From Chloroflexi bacterium RBG_19FT_COMBO_62_14 (GTDB lineage: Bacteria > Chloroflexota > Anaerolineae > Anaerolineales > E44-bin32), in NCBI GenBank assembly GCA_001797105.1, contig MGOM01000112.1, forward strand, positions 12,532 to 53,115: a stretch of DNA of 40,584 bases. The letters are read 5' to 3'. The notes under the pieces were generated by a model. It had not been told where the DNA came from, ran no database searches, and saw only the letters and a program-made list of their open reading frames with translations. Of the stretch, positions 1-9,439 are shown in pieces. Numbering within the stretch: the stretch's first letter is position 1; each line of letters opens with the position of its first letter. A program made the translations under genes and the position numbers.

Positions 1-129
1 TGCCGCAAAAGCCAGCTTGGCCAGGATCGGCAAGCCGGAGTAGCCGGCAGCCGATAGCGCGCACAGGCCGGCGCCGAGCCAGCGTGATCCTCGGAGCTCG
101 CGGACGCGCAGATCTCGGGCGCTGACCAA
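1..129 (-). CDS. Partial N-terminus of a probable EamA/DMT-family membrane transporter (runs off the window edge)
   Basis: Truncated by the window edge, so absent from the ORF track. The minus-strand frame is open from TTG (127-129) to base 1: LVSARDLRVRELRGSRWLGAGLCALSAAGYSGLPILAKLAFAA. The hydrophobic first helix resembles EamA-type N-termini. No clear SD. Start and family are tentative. Confidence 0.3.
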   Translation of the reverse strand, partial: MVSARDLRVRELRGSRWLGAGLCALSAAGYSGLPILAKLAFAA

Positions 130-436
130 GGAGGAAGAGATTGGGACGGGATCCGACAATGACGCGTCTCACTGGCTGGCCGTGCGACATGACGTGCGGA
201 TCGGCGGAGGCGCCCGGGTGATCGATCCGCAGTTTCGGGGTTGAAGTATACAGCCTCCCGACCTTGTGTCCCGGCCTCCTGCTGTACCTTGGCAAGCCAA
301 AGGAGAACCCGGCAATCCTACCCGTGTGCCGTGAACATGCCAGGGGGCACCTAATCGAGCAAGAAACCTGCTGCCTCGGGCGCACGCGAGCCCCGCAGAT
401 GGAAGTAGGGTAGAATCCTTCCGAGGAAGGTTCGAG

Positions 437-1393
437 ATGGCGACGAGGGATCGACCCATACGAACTGGCCAAGCAGCGACTCTTACTGTCCGCCCGGAGC
501 GACGGCCGGACTGGATCAAAGTCCGTGCGCCGACCGGCGAGACCTACGAACGGCTGCGGACGATGATGCGCTCAAAGGCGTTGCACACCGTCTGCGAAGA
601 AGCAATGTGCCCCAATATCGGAGAGTGCTGGGGATCGGGCACAGCGACCTTCTTGATGATGGGTGATGTATGCACCCGTTCGTGCGGATTTTGCGACATC
701 AAAACGGGGCGTCCGGCAGCGCTCGACTGGCTCGAGCCGGAGCGTGTCGCCCGCGCCGTCCAGCGGATGGGGCTGCGCCACGCCGTGATCACCAGCGTCA
801 ATCGGGATGAACGCCCGGATGGTGGCGCGCCGGTCTTTGCCATGGTGATCCGCCGGATCCGCGAACTTCAACCGGGCTGCTCGATCGAGGTCCTGATCCC
901 GGACTTCAAGGGCTCTGTCGAGGCCCTCAAGATCGTGATGGACGCTCGGCCCGAAATCCTGAATCACAACGTCGAAACGGTCCCGCGCTTATTCAGGAAG
1001 GTTCAGCCACAAGACCGTTTCGAATGGGCGAAAGCCACCCTTTCCAACGCCAAACGCCTCGACGGGGAAGTGCTGACGAAGACGGGCATCATGGTCGGTC
1101 TGGGAGAAACCCCGGAAGAGGTGAAAGAGGTAATGCACTATCTGCGTTCGTGGGGTGTCGATATCCTGACGCTGGGGCAGTATCTCCAACCCTCGAAGCG
1201 CCACCTGCCAGTTGAGCACTACTACACTCCCGAAGACTTCAGGGAACTCAAGGGCTTCGGTCTGGAGATCGGTTTCCGTTGGGTGGAGAGCGGGCCATTG
1301 GTCCGTTCCTCCTACCATGCGGAGGAACAAGTACGCGCTCTCAGTGCCGTTCACCGGAGCCTCTACGGCGAGCCGACGGCAGACTCTAGCTGA
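437..1393 (+). CDS. lipA: Lipoyl synthase (radical SAM)
   Basis: 318-aa ORF with both LipA cysteine clusters: CPNIGECW (auxiliary 4Fe-4S) and CTRSCGFC (radical-SAM CxxxCxxC). Full-length architecture. Confidence 0.95.
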   Translation: MATRDRPIRTGQAATLTVRPERRPDWIKVRAPTGETYERLRTMMRSKALHTVCEEAMCPNIGECWGSGTATFLMMGDVCTRSCGFCDIKTGRPAALDWLEPERVARAVQRMGLRHAVITSVNRDERPDGGAPVFAMVIRRIRELQPGCSIEVLIPDFKGSVEALKIVMDARPEILNHNVETVPRLFRKVQPQDRFEWAKATLSNAKRLDGEVLTKTGIMVGLGETPEEVKEVMHYLRSWGVDILTLGQYLQPSKRHLPVEHYYTPEDFRELKGFGLEIGFRWVESGPLVRSSYHAEEQVRALSAVHRSLYGEPTADSS

Positions 1394-1607
1394 CCCGATC
1401 GGTCGACGGAATCCCGGCGGTCCATGAGCCTCGCACTCCGACCCTCGATGGTCGTGCCGAGCCCCACCCGGTTGGTTTCGCCAAGCGCCGCAGCGGGCCG
1501 TCGACCCGCGAGACCCCCCTTGCTGCGGCACGCCTGAAGATCGCCTCCGCCATCCTCGCAACACAAGCTCCGGATCGGCGCTCGCACGGCGAGGGAGAGA
1601 GAAAGAA

Positions 1608-2306
1608 ATGGAGTCCCTCACACGAGAACAGAAGGTCCCCGGCTATCAGGCGGAGCGGCTGTTTGATGGGGTTGAGCGATTCCGCAAAGCGTGGGCGCGC
1701 TATCACCGACCGGACGATGTAAACCACCTGCTGCGTTTGTTCACGAAAGTCGCGCTACGCCGAGGCTACATGCTCGACTATCTTCCCGTCGGTGGTTTGT
1801 CCTCGGGCTGGATCTGGCCCTACGCCCGGCGGGCCGATCCGCACCCCGATTCTGGGCCGCCGCTGGCGTTGACAGCCATGGCTCGCGATCGTTTGATATC
1901 CATGCGCGGCAGCGGCGAACTACGCCGGGTCGAAATAGACACGCTCTACGCTTTCTTGGGCTACGAGACTAGCCCCCTCGGGCTCTTCGAGTATGCGGTG
2001 TTTATCAGCGAGTTGTGGGCGACCAAGTCGGCTTCCAAGGCCAGCGACTGGCTTGATCTGGTGCCGGTCGTCACCCGGCGGCAGTTTGATGGGATTCTCA
2101 GGAAAGCCGGGGATCGCGTTCAACGTGTGATCCGGCCCTCGATCTATGACCCGCTCGTTCGTCTTGACGGCCAGGCTGGCGGCGAGGTGCGCTTCATGGT
2201 CTTTCAGGGTGGCGCCTGGAAGCGGATTACCATGCTTGTGATGAAGGTCGATGAGAATGGCAGTGTACGGCGCGAGTTCGGTGACCTCGTCGCCAACCTG
2301 CGTTGA
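1608..2306 (+). CDS. Hypothetical protein (no recognisable domain)
   Basis: 232-aa ORF preceded by a purine-rich SD (GAGGGAGAGAGAAAGAA) directly before the ATG. It lies co-directionally between lipA and the tRNA-binding-domain gene. I recognise no motif. Confidence 0.6.
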   Translation: MESLTREQKVPGYQAERLFDGVERFRKAWARYHRPDDVNHLLRLFTKVALRRGYMLDYLPVGGLSSGWIWPYARRADPHPDSGPPLALTAMARDRLISMRGSGELRRVEIDTLYAFLGYETSPLGLFEYAVFISELWATKSASKASDWLDLVPVVTRRQFDGILRKAGDRVQRVIRPSIYDPLVRLDGQAGGEVRFMVFQGGAWKRITMLVMKVDENGSVRREFGDLVANLR

Positions 2307-2337
2307 GCTCGCCTGGCAGCGGACTGCGTGAGCCGGA

Positions 2338-2676
2338 ATGACCACAGTCTCCTGGGAAGACTTCGATCGGATTGAGATGCACATTGGGCGGGTGACCGCC
2401 GTTGAGGAGTTCGTTGAGGCCCGCCGACCCTCCTACATCATGACGATCGACTTTGGTCCTCGTCTGGGCATCCGACGCTCGTCGGCGGCCATCAAACCGG
2501 ACTATGCCGCGGGTGAGCTGCAAGGACGGCTCGTCGTCGCGGTGACCAATTTCCCTCCGAAGCAGATCGCCAATCGGATGTCCGAGGTGCTGGTCCTGGC
2601 AGCCGTCGACGCCGACGGCTCGATGCGACTGCTTCAACCGGACGGCGAGCTCGCGCCGGGCGCGCGAGTCCGCTAG
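2338..2676 (+). CDS. tRNA-binding (EMAP/CsaA-like OB-fold) domain protein
   Basis: 112 aa. Typical CsaA/YgjH pattern: WEDFDRIEMHIGRVTAVEEF..., LVVAVTNFPPKQIANRMSEVLVLAA. Confidence 0.8.
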   Translation: MTTVSWEDFDRIEMHIGRVTAVEEFVEARRPSYIMTIDFGPRLGIRRSSAAIKPDYAAGELQGRLVVAVTNFPPKQIANRMSEVLVLAAVDADGSMRLLQPDGELAPGARVR

Positions 2677-2722
2677 ACCGGCTACGTCAGAAGAGGGTGA
2701 GGACACACGTAGGGTAAATACA

Positions 2723-2753
2723 GCAGCCCCGCCGTTCGGCGGGGCTGCATTTT
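2723..2753. terminator. Bidirectional intrinsic terminator between convergent genes
   Basis: Perfect 11-bp GC-rich stem GCAGCCCCGCC (2723-2733) / GGCGGGGCTGC (2738-2748) with loop GTTC. ATTTT follows on the + strand and an A/T-rich run (TGTATTTA) follows on the - strand. It sits between the stop at 2676 (+) and the stop at 2770 (-). Confidence 0.8.
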
Positions 2754-2769
2754 GGGCAGTTAGGGGGTT

Positions 2770-2979
2770 CTAGACGATGACGACGTTGGCCGCCTGAAGT
2801 CCTTTCGGCCCCTGCTCGATGGAGAACTCCACCCGCTGGCCCTCTTCCAGGGTCCGGAAACCGTCCGCCTGGATTGCGGTGAAGTGGACGAATACGTCCG
2901 GGCCGCCTTCACGCTCGATGAAGCCGTAGCCCTTCCCGCTGTTGAACCACTTGACTGTACCGACAGCGCGTTCTGTCAT
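2770..2979 (-). CDS. cspA: Cold-shock protein (CspA family)
   Basis: 69 aa. RNP1/RNP2 motifs KGYGFI and VFVHF. GTVKWFN start. Strong SD AAGGAGG upstream. Confidence 0.95.
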   Translation of the reverse strand: MTERAVGTVKWFNSGKGYGFIEREGGPDVFVHFTAIQADGFRTLEEGQRVEFSIEQGPKGLQAANVVIV

Positions 2980-3231
2980 TTCTTTCCTTGCCTCCTTATG
3001 GCATACGGTATTGACTTGCTCAGTCAGAGTGAAGGCCCTCGTCGCACGTGGGTCTCTTGTCGCCCAGGCCGAGGGTTATCTCCAACTTCTCCCAAGCGTT
3101 AGGCGCTTGTTTCGTTCTTCGGCGGTCGGGTTCACCCAAAGGTCGGGCTACCAAACCGGCCCGAGCTGCTAGAGCTCAGGCCGTGGTCTTTCGACTTCCA
3201 GACAGAACTCACGCGCGTCCTACGGAAAAAG

Positions 3232-3260
3232 ATGATAGCACCCATTTTTGGCTTTGTCTA
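3232..3260 (-). promoter_or_regulatory. Candidate sigma70-type promoter, possibly driving csp with a long leader
   Basis: Minus strand reads TAGACA (3260-3255), N17, TATCAT (3237-3232). This would give a leader of roughly 245 nt before the csp ATG. No better promoter was seen closer to csp. Confidence 0.35.
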
Positions 3261-3513
3261 CCCCTTCCCCGGAACATTCCCGTTCCGCCGGAAGCGGTCC
3301 GAAAACCTCTCGCAAAGTCAGCTTGTGTGAGTTCGGTTGTGCGGTCTGCCCGCCCGAAGAACCCCATGTCCATTCGTCTATGGTGTGCGAGGTCGATATC
3401 CCCACACAAGCCGGAATCCACCGATCCCGGCTCACGTATAATGATCGCGGCTCGGACATGGGGGACGATCTATTCGACCGGCGTCCTTTCACCCGAGAGG
3501 CAGGAGGATCGAA

Positions 3514-3961
3514 ATGTACGCCGCCGTCCTTGGCCTTCACAGTCTGCTCCGCGGGGTTGTGTTGCTACTCGCCGGGTGGGCGTTGTTCCGCGGCTACAGC
3601 GGCTGGGTGCGAGGTAGACCATGGTCCGGATTGGACCGCCAGGCGGGCCTAGTCTTCTCGATTGTCTTTGACATCCAGGTCCTGTTGGGTAATCCTGGCT
3701 TTTATCGGCCCACTGGTTCAGAACATGCTGGTCGGAATGGGCGCGGCGATGCAAGCCCCCCACTTGCGTTTCTTCCTCATCGAACACATCCCTTTGATGT
3801 TGCTTGCCCTGATCCTGGCTCACCTCGGCAGCCGCCGCGCCCGCAATGCTCCGGACGACCAGACGAAACACCGCCGGGCGGCGGTGATGTACACCCTGGG
3901 CACGCTGGCCACCGTCGTCGCTATCCCCTGGTGGCGAGCGCTTCTGCCGGGCCCTGGGTGA
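3514..3961 (+). pseudogene. Small 4-TM membrane protein interrupted by a single-base frameshift (or an assembly error)
   Basis: SD AGGAGGA lies at 3502-3508. The N-terminal half (MYAAVLGLHSLLRGVVLLLAGWALF...FDIQVLLG) is TM-like in the frame of ORF 3514..4026, then degenerates into R/P/G-rich sequence. The hydrophobic continuation (ILAFIGPLVQNMLVGMGAAMQ...HIPLMLLALILAHLG...TLATVVAIPWW) is in the +1 frame (ORF 3662..3961). Deleting one A of the AA at 3691-3692 gives a continuous protein of about 148 aa. Confidence 0.6.
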
Positions 3962-4026
3962 AACACGGCCCCGGTGGCAGGACCGTCGAGGGTCGACAGG
4001 CACGCATGTGGACTGGAGGAAGTTGA

Positions 4027-4482
4027 GTGAGCGCCGATGCCACCCCCGACGCCGATGGCGGAATCCTGGCTTTCCGCTTCTATCTTCCGCTAGAGGTCCG
4101 CTATGGAGATATCGATGCTCAGGGGCACGTCAACAATGCCCGCTACTTCACCTATATGGAACAGGGGCGCGTCAAGTACCTGCAACATCTCGGTCTGTGG
4201 GACGGCCGAGACTTCCGAGCGATCGGCATCATCCTGGCTGAGGCCAGCTGCACCTACAAGGCGCCTATCCAGCTGACTCAGCGGCTGCGAATCGGTGTAC
4301 GCACAGCCAGGATCGGGACCAAGAGCATTGAATTCCGCTACAGCATCGAGGATCAGGACACCGGTCAAGTCATGGCTACCGGGCGGACGGTCCAAGTGAC
4401 CTACGACTACCACCGTACAGCCTCGGTCCCCGTCCCGCAACGCTGGCGTGAAGTCATTCAGGCGTTCGAGGCCCCAGACTGA
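4027..4482 (+). CDS. Acyl-CoA thioesterase, 4HBT/YbgC hot-dog family
   Basis: 151 aa. Hallmark VRYGDIDAQGHVNNARYFTYMEQGRVKYL. GTG start with SD GGAGGA 6 nt upstream. Confidence 0.85.
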   Translation: MSADATPDADGGILAFRFYLPLEVRYGDIDAQGHVNNARYFTYMEQGRVKYLQHLGLWDGRDFRAIGIILAEASCTYKAPIQLTQRLRIGVRTARIGTKSIEFRYSIEDQDTGQVMATGRTVQVTYDYHRTASVPVPQRWREVIQAFEAPD

Positions 4483-4625
4483 CCCGCATGGAATGCTGCT
4501 CCCGGCATCCTGGGCCGGGAACGTTCCACGTGCCCTCGTCAGGTCAGACACATCGGGGTTAGGGTGTATCATGGACGCGGCAGGGTTCCCTCCACTCTCA
4601 CCTTCCAACGGACCTCATTCTCCTG

Positions 4626-5633
4626 ATGAAATTCGACGCCAGCATCGCTCCCACGACGCTCACTGAGGTGCCTGACCTGGCGCGGGCAGCTGAGGCGCTC
4701 GGTTTCGACGCCGTCTGGACCAGCGAAACACAACACGACCCTTTCCTGCCACTGGCGCTCATCGCCGCCCACACACAGCAGATCCAATTCGGCACGGCGG
4801 TAGCGATTGCATTTGCGCGAAGTCCAACAGTCCTGGCCCACACGGCATGGGACCTGGCACACGCCTCAGGCGGCCGGCTTATCCTGGGATTGGGCACGCA
4901 AGTGCAGGCGCATATCGAACGCCGCTTCGGCATGTCCTGGCCTGATTCTCCCGTCGGGTTCCTGAGGGAGATGATCGAGGCGATGCGGGCCGTGTGGGCC
5001 TGCTGGCAGTCAGGCGATCGGCTGAATTACCGCGGAGAGCATTTCAATCTGAGGCTGATGACTCCCTTTTTCAACCCCGGACCCATCTCCGATCCCGACA
5101 TCCCGATCTACATCGCCGGGGTCAACCGCGGCCTGTGCCGTCTCGCCGGGGAGTTGGCAAACGGTTTTCACGTCCATCCTTACCATTCGGTTCGTTACTT
5201 GAGGGAAGTCGTCCGCCCGTCGATCGAGGAAGGAGCCACGATGGGCGGCCGAGATCCGGGCGAGATCGAGCTTTCGGCGACGGCGATGTTTGTCGAGGAT
5301 GCCGACCGAGCAGCCTTCGTTCGCTCGCAGATCGCCTTCTACGCTTCGACGCCCTCCTACCGTCCGGTCATGGCGATCCACGGGTGGGGCGAGGTCGCCG
5401 ACGAGTTGAGCGGCCTGGCGCGCCGGCAGGCGTGGGGGGAAATGTCGCGTCTCATCACCGATGAGATCCTGGAGACTTTCGCCGTCGTCGCACCCCTGCC
5501 TCGTCTGGGCGCGACCCTTCGCTCGCGCTATGACGGCCTGGCTGACAGGCTCACGCTCTACGTTCCTTTCAGCCTCGCCGTCGGCGACGACCTCTGGTCT
5601 CAGACGCTAGCCGGTTTCCGGGACGCTGCATGA
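4626..5633 (+). CDS. Luciferase-like monooxygenase (LLM) family, probable F420-dependent oxidoreductase
   Basis: 335 aa. N-terminal pattern GFDAVWTSETQHDPFLPLA and the overall LLM layout. Cofactor assignment is by family resemblance only. Confidence 0.8.
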   Translation: MKFDASIAPTTLTEVPDLARAAEALGFDAVWTSETQHDPFLPLALIAAHTQQIQFGTAVAIAFARSPTVLAHTAWDLAHASGGRLILGLGTQVQAHIERRFGMSWPDSPVGFLREMIEAMRAVWACWQSGDRLNYRGEHFNLRLMTPFFNPGPISDPDIPIYIAGVNRGLCRLAGELANGFHVHPYHSVRYLREVVRPSIEEGATMGGRDPGEIELSATAMFVEDADRAAFVRSQIAFYASTPSYRPVMAIHGWGEVADELSGLARRQAWGEMSRLITDEILETFAVVAPLPRLGATLRSRYDGLADRLTLYVPFSLAVGDDLWSQTLAGFRDAA

Positions 5634-6721
5634 TCGTCGTCGACGCGCACGAGGACATCGCCTGGAACATCCTCACCTTCGGGCGAGACTACACCCGCGC
5701 CGTCTCCGAAACGAGGCGGATCGAAGAAGGGAGTGACGCCGAACAGCACAACGGACAGACTCTCCTTGGATGGCCAGAATGGGTCGGGGGGAGAGTGGGC
5801 GTCGTCTTTGCCACATTGTTCGCCGCACCAGCGCGACGCAGGGTCGGGCCGTGGGAGACTTTGTGCTATGCGAGCGCCGAAGAGGCCCATCGCCTCTATC
5901 GAGCTAACCTGGACGCGTACGAAAGGCTCTTCGACGAGCACACCGACAAATTCCGCCCCGTGACCGATCGCGACCAGCTGGAAGCCGTGCTGGCGAGTTG
6001 GGAAGGGGACCCACCAGCCGAGCCTCACCTGGGTCTTGTCCTGCTGATGGAGGGCGCCGATGGGATACGCGAGCCGGACGATCTGGTGAACTGGTATGCC
6101 GACGGGCTTCGAATGGTCGGGTTGGCCTGGACCGGAACGCGCTACAGCGGAGGGACGAGCGAACCGGGGCCGCTGTCGCCCGAGGGGCGGGAACTGTTGG
6201 AAGTCATGGGCGGGCTGGGGATGATCCTGGACCTGAGCCATATGGCGGAAGAGGCCGTATTTCAAGCCTTGGAGTGCTATCCCGGCACGCTGATCGCCTC
6301 TCACAGCAACTGTCGGGCTCTTCTGGATGGGAGCGAGAAACCCGACCGGCACCTTGGTGATGAGGCGATCCGGGAGATTGCCGAACGGGATGGTGTCATC
6401 GGCATCGTACCGTACAACCGGTTTCTCAAAGGGACATGGCGGTCAGGCAATGGCCGGGAGGGGATCAACTTGGAGCACGTGGCCGCCCACATCGACCACG
6501 TCTGCCAGCTCGTCGGCGATGCCCGACACGTTGGCCTGGGAAGCGACTTCGACGGCGGGTTCGGCCTTAGCCGGACGCCGGAGGGACTTGACAGCGTGGC
6601 CGACCTGCGGTTAATTGGCGATAGCCTGACTTCTTGGGGGTACGGGGCGTCCGAGATTCAGGGCATTCTGGGGGAGAACTGGCTTGGCATGCTCCGTTGG
6701 GCGTTACCTTCGGGGACGTGA
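5630..6721 (+). CDS. Membrane (renal-type) dipeptidase, peptidase M19
   Basis: 363 aa. VDAHEDIAWN, ASHSNCRAL and GLGSDFDGG metal-binding motifs. The start overlaps the upstream stop (ATGA). Confidence 0.9.
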   Translation: MIVVDAHEDIAWNILTFGRDYTRAVSETRRIEEGSDAEQHNGQTLLGWPEWVGGRVGVVFATLFAAPARRRVGPWETLCYASAEEAHRLYRANLDAYERLFDEHTDKFRPVTDRDQLEAVLASWEGDPPAEPHLGLVLLMEGADGIREPDDLVNWYADGLRMVGLAWTGTRYSGGTSEPGPLSPEGRELLEVMGGLGMILDLSHMAEEAVFQALECYPGTLIASHSNCRALLDGSEKPDRHLGDEAIREIAERDGVIGIVPYNRFLKGTWRSGNGREGINLEHVAAHIDHVCQLVGDARHVGLGSDFDGGFGLSRTPEGLDSVADLRLIGDSLTSWGYGASEIQGILGENWLGMLRWALPSGT

Positions 6722-7192
6722 GTGAATCCACCCAGCGATCTCAGCCGTCGACAGATCCGAACCGCCTCCGGGCTCTCCTTCATGGTCCTGCTCGGATCGT
6801 TCATCTTCATTCTGGGCATCCATCCGGGTTTCTTCGGCCTGGATCGAAGCCCGGTCGTAGGTTTCGTCCAGATGGGGGTGTGGCTGACTGGTCTGGCGGT
6901 CGTGCTGCTGGGCGCCTACGGCGCGGCACGCATCGTCCGGAATGGGCGCAAGCACTCTCTGCGATCGGAGATCGGGGTCAGGCTCGTCGCCACCGGATAC
7001 GTGGTGGCATTGGCCGCATCCCTGGCGGACTTCCTGGGGATCGGCTCTCACCCACTACCCAGGGTCTATTTCGGGCCGATCCAGGTTGCCGGACTGATGA
7101 CCGGGGTTGTCTTGAGCCTGACAGGGCTCATCCTCTACCTGCCGCGCGGGCGGCGGAAGCCGACAACACCCGAGACCAAGCTCAACCCCTGA
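6722..7192 (+). CDS. Hypothetical integral membrane protein (about 4 TM)
   Basis: 156 aa with four hydrophobic helices. GTG start immediately follows the dipeptidase stop. No family recognised. Confidence 0.55.
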   Translation: MNPPSDLSRRQIRTASGLSFMVLLGSFIFILGIHPGFFGLDRSPVVGFVQMGVWLTGLAVVLLGAYGAARIVRNGRKHSLRSEIGVRLVATGYVVALAASLADFLGIGSHPLPRVYFGPIQVAGLMTGVVLSLTGLILYLPRGRRKPTTPETKLNP

Positions 7193-7378
7193 TCCAGCCA
7201 ACTCATCCAAGACCGAACAACATCGCTCCCGCCGTCCTCGGCGGCCCTGGTGATCCTGCGCCGAGGGAGGGTGCCCTTGAAGAACGCAAGGACACCCTAC
7301 GCTTCGCTACGGGTGCAGGCAGGCAGGGAGCGGGGAGAGAAACACCGCATCAACCGTGCGCGCGGGCGTGTCCGGCTG

Positions 7379-8425
7379 CTATCTGGGGACGGCCTTTCCG
7401 GCCATTTTCTCGCTGGAGTGACCGGGAAATACCTTGCCACCCGGTTTGATCAGGGTGTACGCGTAGTTGACCGCCACCGTCACCTGCCCGAAGCCGATGA
7501 CGATCAAGTTGAGCGGATCCTGATCCTCTTGTAGGGCAATGTCCCCGGCGGCGAAAACCGCGGGGAGATTGGTCTCCATCCGCTGGTTCACCTTGATGTA
7601 GCGCCGGCCGATGGTCTCCAGCCCCCACTCGCGAATCGGCCCCAGGTCCGCCTTGAAACCCAGCGCCAGAATCAAGTCGTCTACCAGCAAGACGGTGTCT
7701 TCCTGTGTCCGGTTGTCGAAGATGACGGCACGCTCGACTCGATCATCGCCTTGAATCTCACGCAGCTCGTAGAAGATCCGCACATCGACGCTGGAGGCCT
7801 TCAGCGCGTTGACCGATGAGTCATGCGCCCGAAAACCCTCGCGCCGGTGGATCAGGGTCACGTGAGCGGCGATCGACTCGAGGGCCAGGGCCCAGTCGAC
7901 GGCGCTATCGCCTCCGCCCACGATTAGCACGTTTCGACCGGCATATTCGTTCAAGTCGCGAGCCATGTAGACAACGCCCTTGCCTTCAAAGCGGTCGGCC
8001 CCGCCCTCTTTCAAGGTGACCGGCTGAAATGCTCCGATCCCGGCTGAAAGCATCACGGTCCGGGTAAGGTGTTTTTCCTTGTCGGTCTCGATCTCCCAGC
8101 ACTGCGCCTCAGCGGGGCCGCCGGGGAGGGAGCGTCGGGTGAGATTGAGAGCGCGCTGGCCGAGGGCGTAGATGGGGTTCCATTGCCCGGCCTGTGTGAC
8201 CAGGTTGGTGACCAGGTCCTTCGAGACGATTCCGGGGAAACCGGGGGAGTCGTAGATCATCTTCTCGGGATACAGAGCGATGAGTTGGCCGCCGGCCTGA
8301 GGCAGGGCGTCGATGATCTTGACTGACATTTCGCGTAGGCCGGCGTAGAAGGCACCGAACAATCCGGTCGGGCCGGCGCCGACGAATGTGATGTCGAAGA
8401 CTTCTGGGGCGGAGTCGGAGCTCAT
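7379..8425 (-). CDS. Ferredoxin-NADP+ reductase, thioredoxin-reductase-like (YumC type)
   Basis: 348 aa. FAD fold FVGAGPTGLFGAFYAG and a second dinucleotide fold VGGGDSAVDWA. It lacks the TrxR redox CxxC. Confidence 0.9.
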   Translation of the reverse strand: MSSDSAPEVFDITFVGAGPTGLFGAFYAGLREMSVKIIDALPQAGGQLIALYPEKMIYDSPGFPGIVSKDLVTNLVTQAGQWNPIYALGQRALNLTRRSLPGGPAEAQCWEIETDKEKHLTRTVMLSAGIGAFQPVTLKEGGADRFEGKGVVYMARDLNEYAGRNVLIVGGGDSAVDWALALESIAAHVTLIHRREGFRAHDSSVNALKASSVDVRIFYELREIQGDDRVERAVIFDNRTQEDTVLLVDDLILALGFKADLGPIREWGLETIGRRYIKVNQRMETNLPAVFAAGDIALQEDQDPLNLIVIGFGQVTVAVNYAYTLIKPGGKVFPGHSSEKMAGKAVPR

Positions 8426-8470
8426 GGATCGGCAGGACCTCGCGTGCGCGTCTTATGAGATGCGCGGCGG

Positions 8471-8499
8471 ATTATAAGGGGCGCATGGGGGGGAGTCAA
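8471..8499 (-). promoter_or_regulatory. Sigma70-type promoter for the ferredoxin-NADP reductase gene
   Basis: Minus strand reads TTGACT (8499-8494), N17, TATAAT (8476-8471). It lies about 45 nt upstream of the ATG at 8425. SD GAGG is present. Confidence 0.6.
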
Positions 8500-8662
8500 T
8501 CGGAGGGTCCCGCGCGGGTGTGCGGTGGCGGGCAGCGCCCTGCTCCGCCGTGAACAAGTTGTTATCTCGCCTGGAGTTTCGATGAATGCCCTCCCTTGAC
8601 CCAGCCGGGCAGGGGATGTCAACCCGATCAGTCCGTGTGGCCGGCGAAGAAGCGAGCAGGGG

Positions 8663-9439
8663 CTACTTGGCGAACGGGCTTTGCGTGGCGGCCAAGGCCA
8701 GGGCGAAGAGGATGAGCGCTGCCAGGATGGCCTTCGACCATGACGCTCGCCATGGCCGGCGATCGATCAACTGCGGCTGATTGAGCTCCCCCCAGACCGG
8801 CGTGAAACTCGGTCCGAAGGCCGACGTGAGGGCGGCGCCGGTGATCAATCCACCCAGGTGACCCCAGTTGTCGATCCCCGGCACCAATCCCAGCCCCAGG
8901 TTGAGCAATGCTACAAGCACGATCTGTCGGAACTGAAAGGTGGCAGCCCGGCCGAAGGTGCGTCGGTGCACGAAGAGGAACATCCCCAAAGCGCCCAGCA
9001 GGCCGAAGATCGCGCCCGAGGCCCCAACTGAGGGGTTGAGGCTGAAGGCCAGACTCATGACCACCCCGCCGATACCCGAGAGAAGATACACCACCAGCAT
9101 CCGCGGCGCGCCGAAGAACCGCTCGACGGCAGGCCCGATGGCGTAAAGCGAGTACATGTTGACGAAGAAATGTAGCAGTCCGACATGGATGAAGACCGGC
9201 GACAAGAGCCGCCAGGCTTCACCGGCGGCAATGGCGCTGTTGACCTTTGCCCCCAGGGCGAGGATGACGTCGAACCCCACCACTTGAGTCGACAGCAACT
9301 GAAGAATGAACACGCCCAGGGTGACGCCGATCAGCCCGAACGTAGCCGGGAATCGGCTGAGCCTGAGTCGCAGGCCTGGACGGGCTCTTTCGGCGACGGG
9401 TGGTCCGCCTGTGGTGGACTGTGGAGATCCCGCGGTCAT
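8663..9439 (-). CDS. Rhomboid family intramembrane serine protease
   Basis: 258 aa, multi-TM. Catalytic GASGAIFGLLG (Ser) and HLGGLITG (His) motifs. The start overlaps the gmk stop by 4 nt. Confidence 0.9.
   Translation of the reverse strand: MTAGSPQSTTGGPPVAERARPGLRLRLSRFPATFGLIGVTLGVFILQLLSTQVVGFDVILALGAKVNSAIAAGEAWRLLSPVFIHVGLLHFFVNMYSLYAIGPAVERFFGAPRMLVVYLLSGIGGVVMSLAFSLNPSVGASGAIFGLLGALGMFLFVHRRTFGRAATFQFRQIVLVALLNLGLGLVPGIDNWGHLGGLITGAALTSAFGPSFTPVWGELNQPQLIDRRPWRASWSKAILAALILFALALAATQSPFAK

Noticed and set aside
246-300. SRP-RNA-like look of GUCCCGGCCUCCUGCUGUACCUUGGC upstream of lipA.
   Set aside because: The conserved domain IV motif (GGAAGGAAGCAGC with a GNRA loop) is absent on both strands. 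The resemblance is partly to the complement in the wrong polarity. It is only a local hairpin (CCTTGGC/GCCAAAGG).
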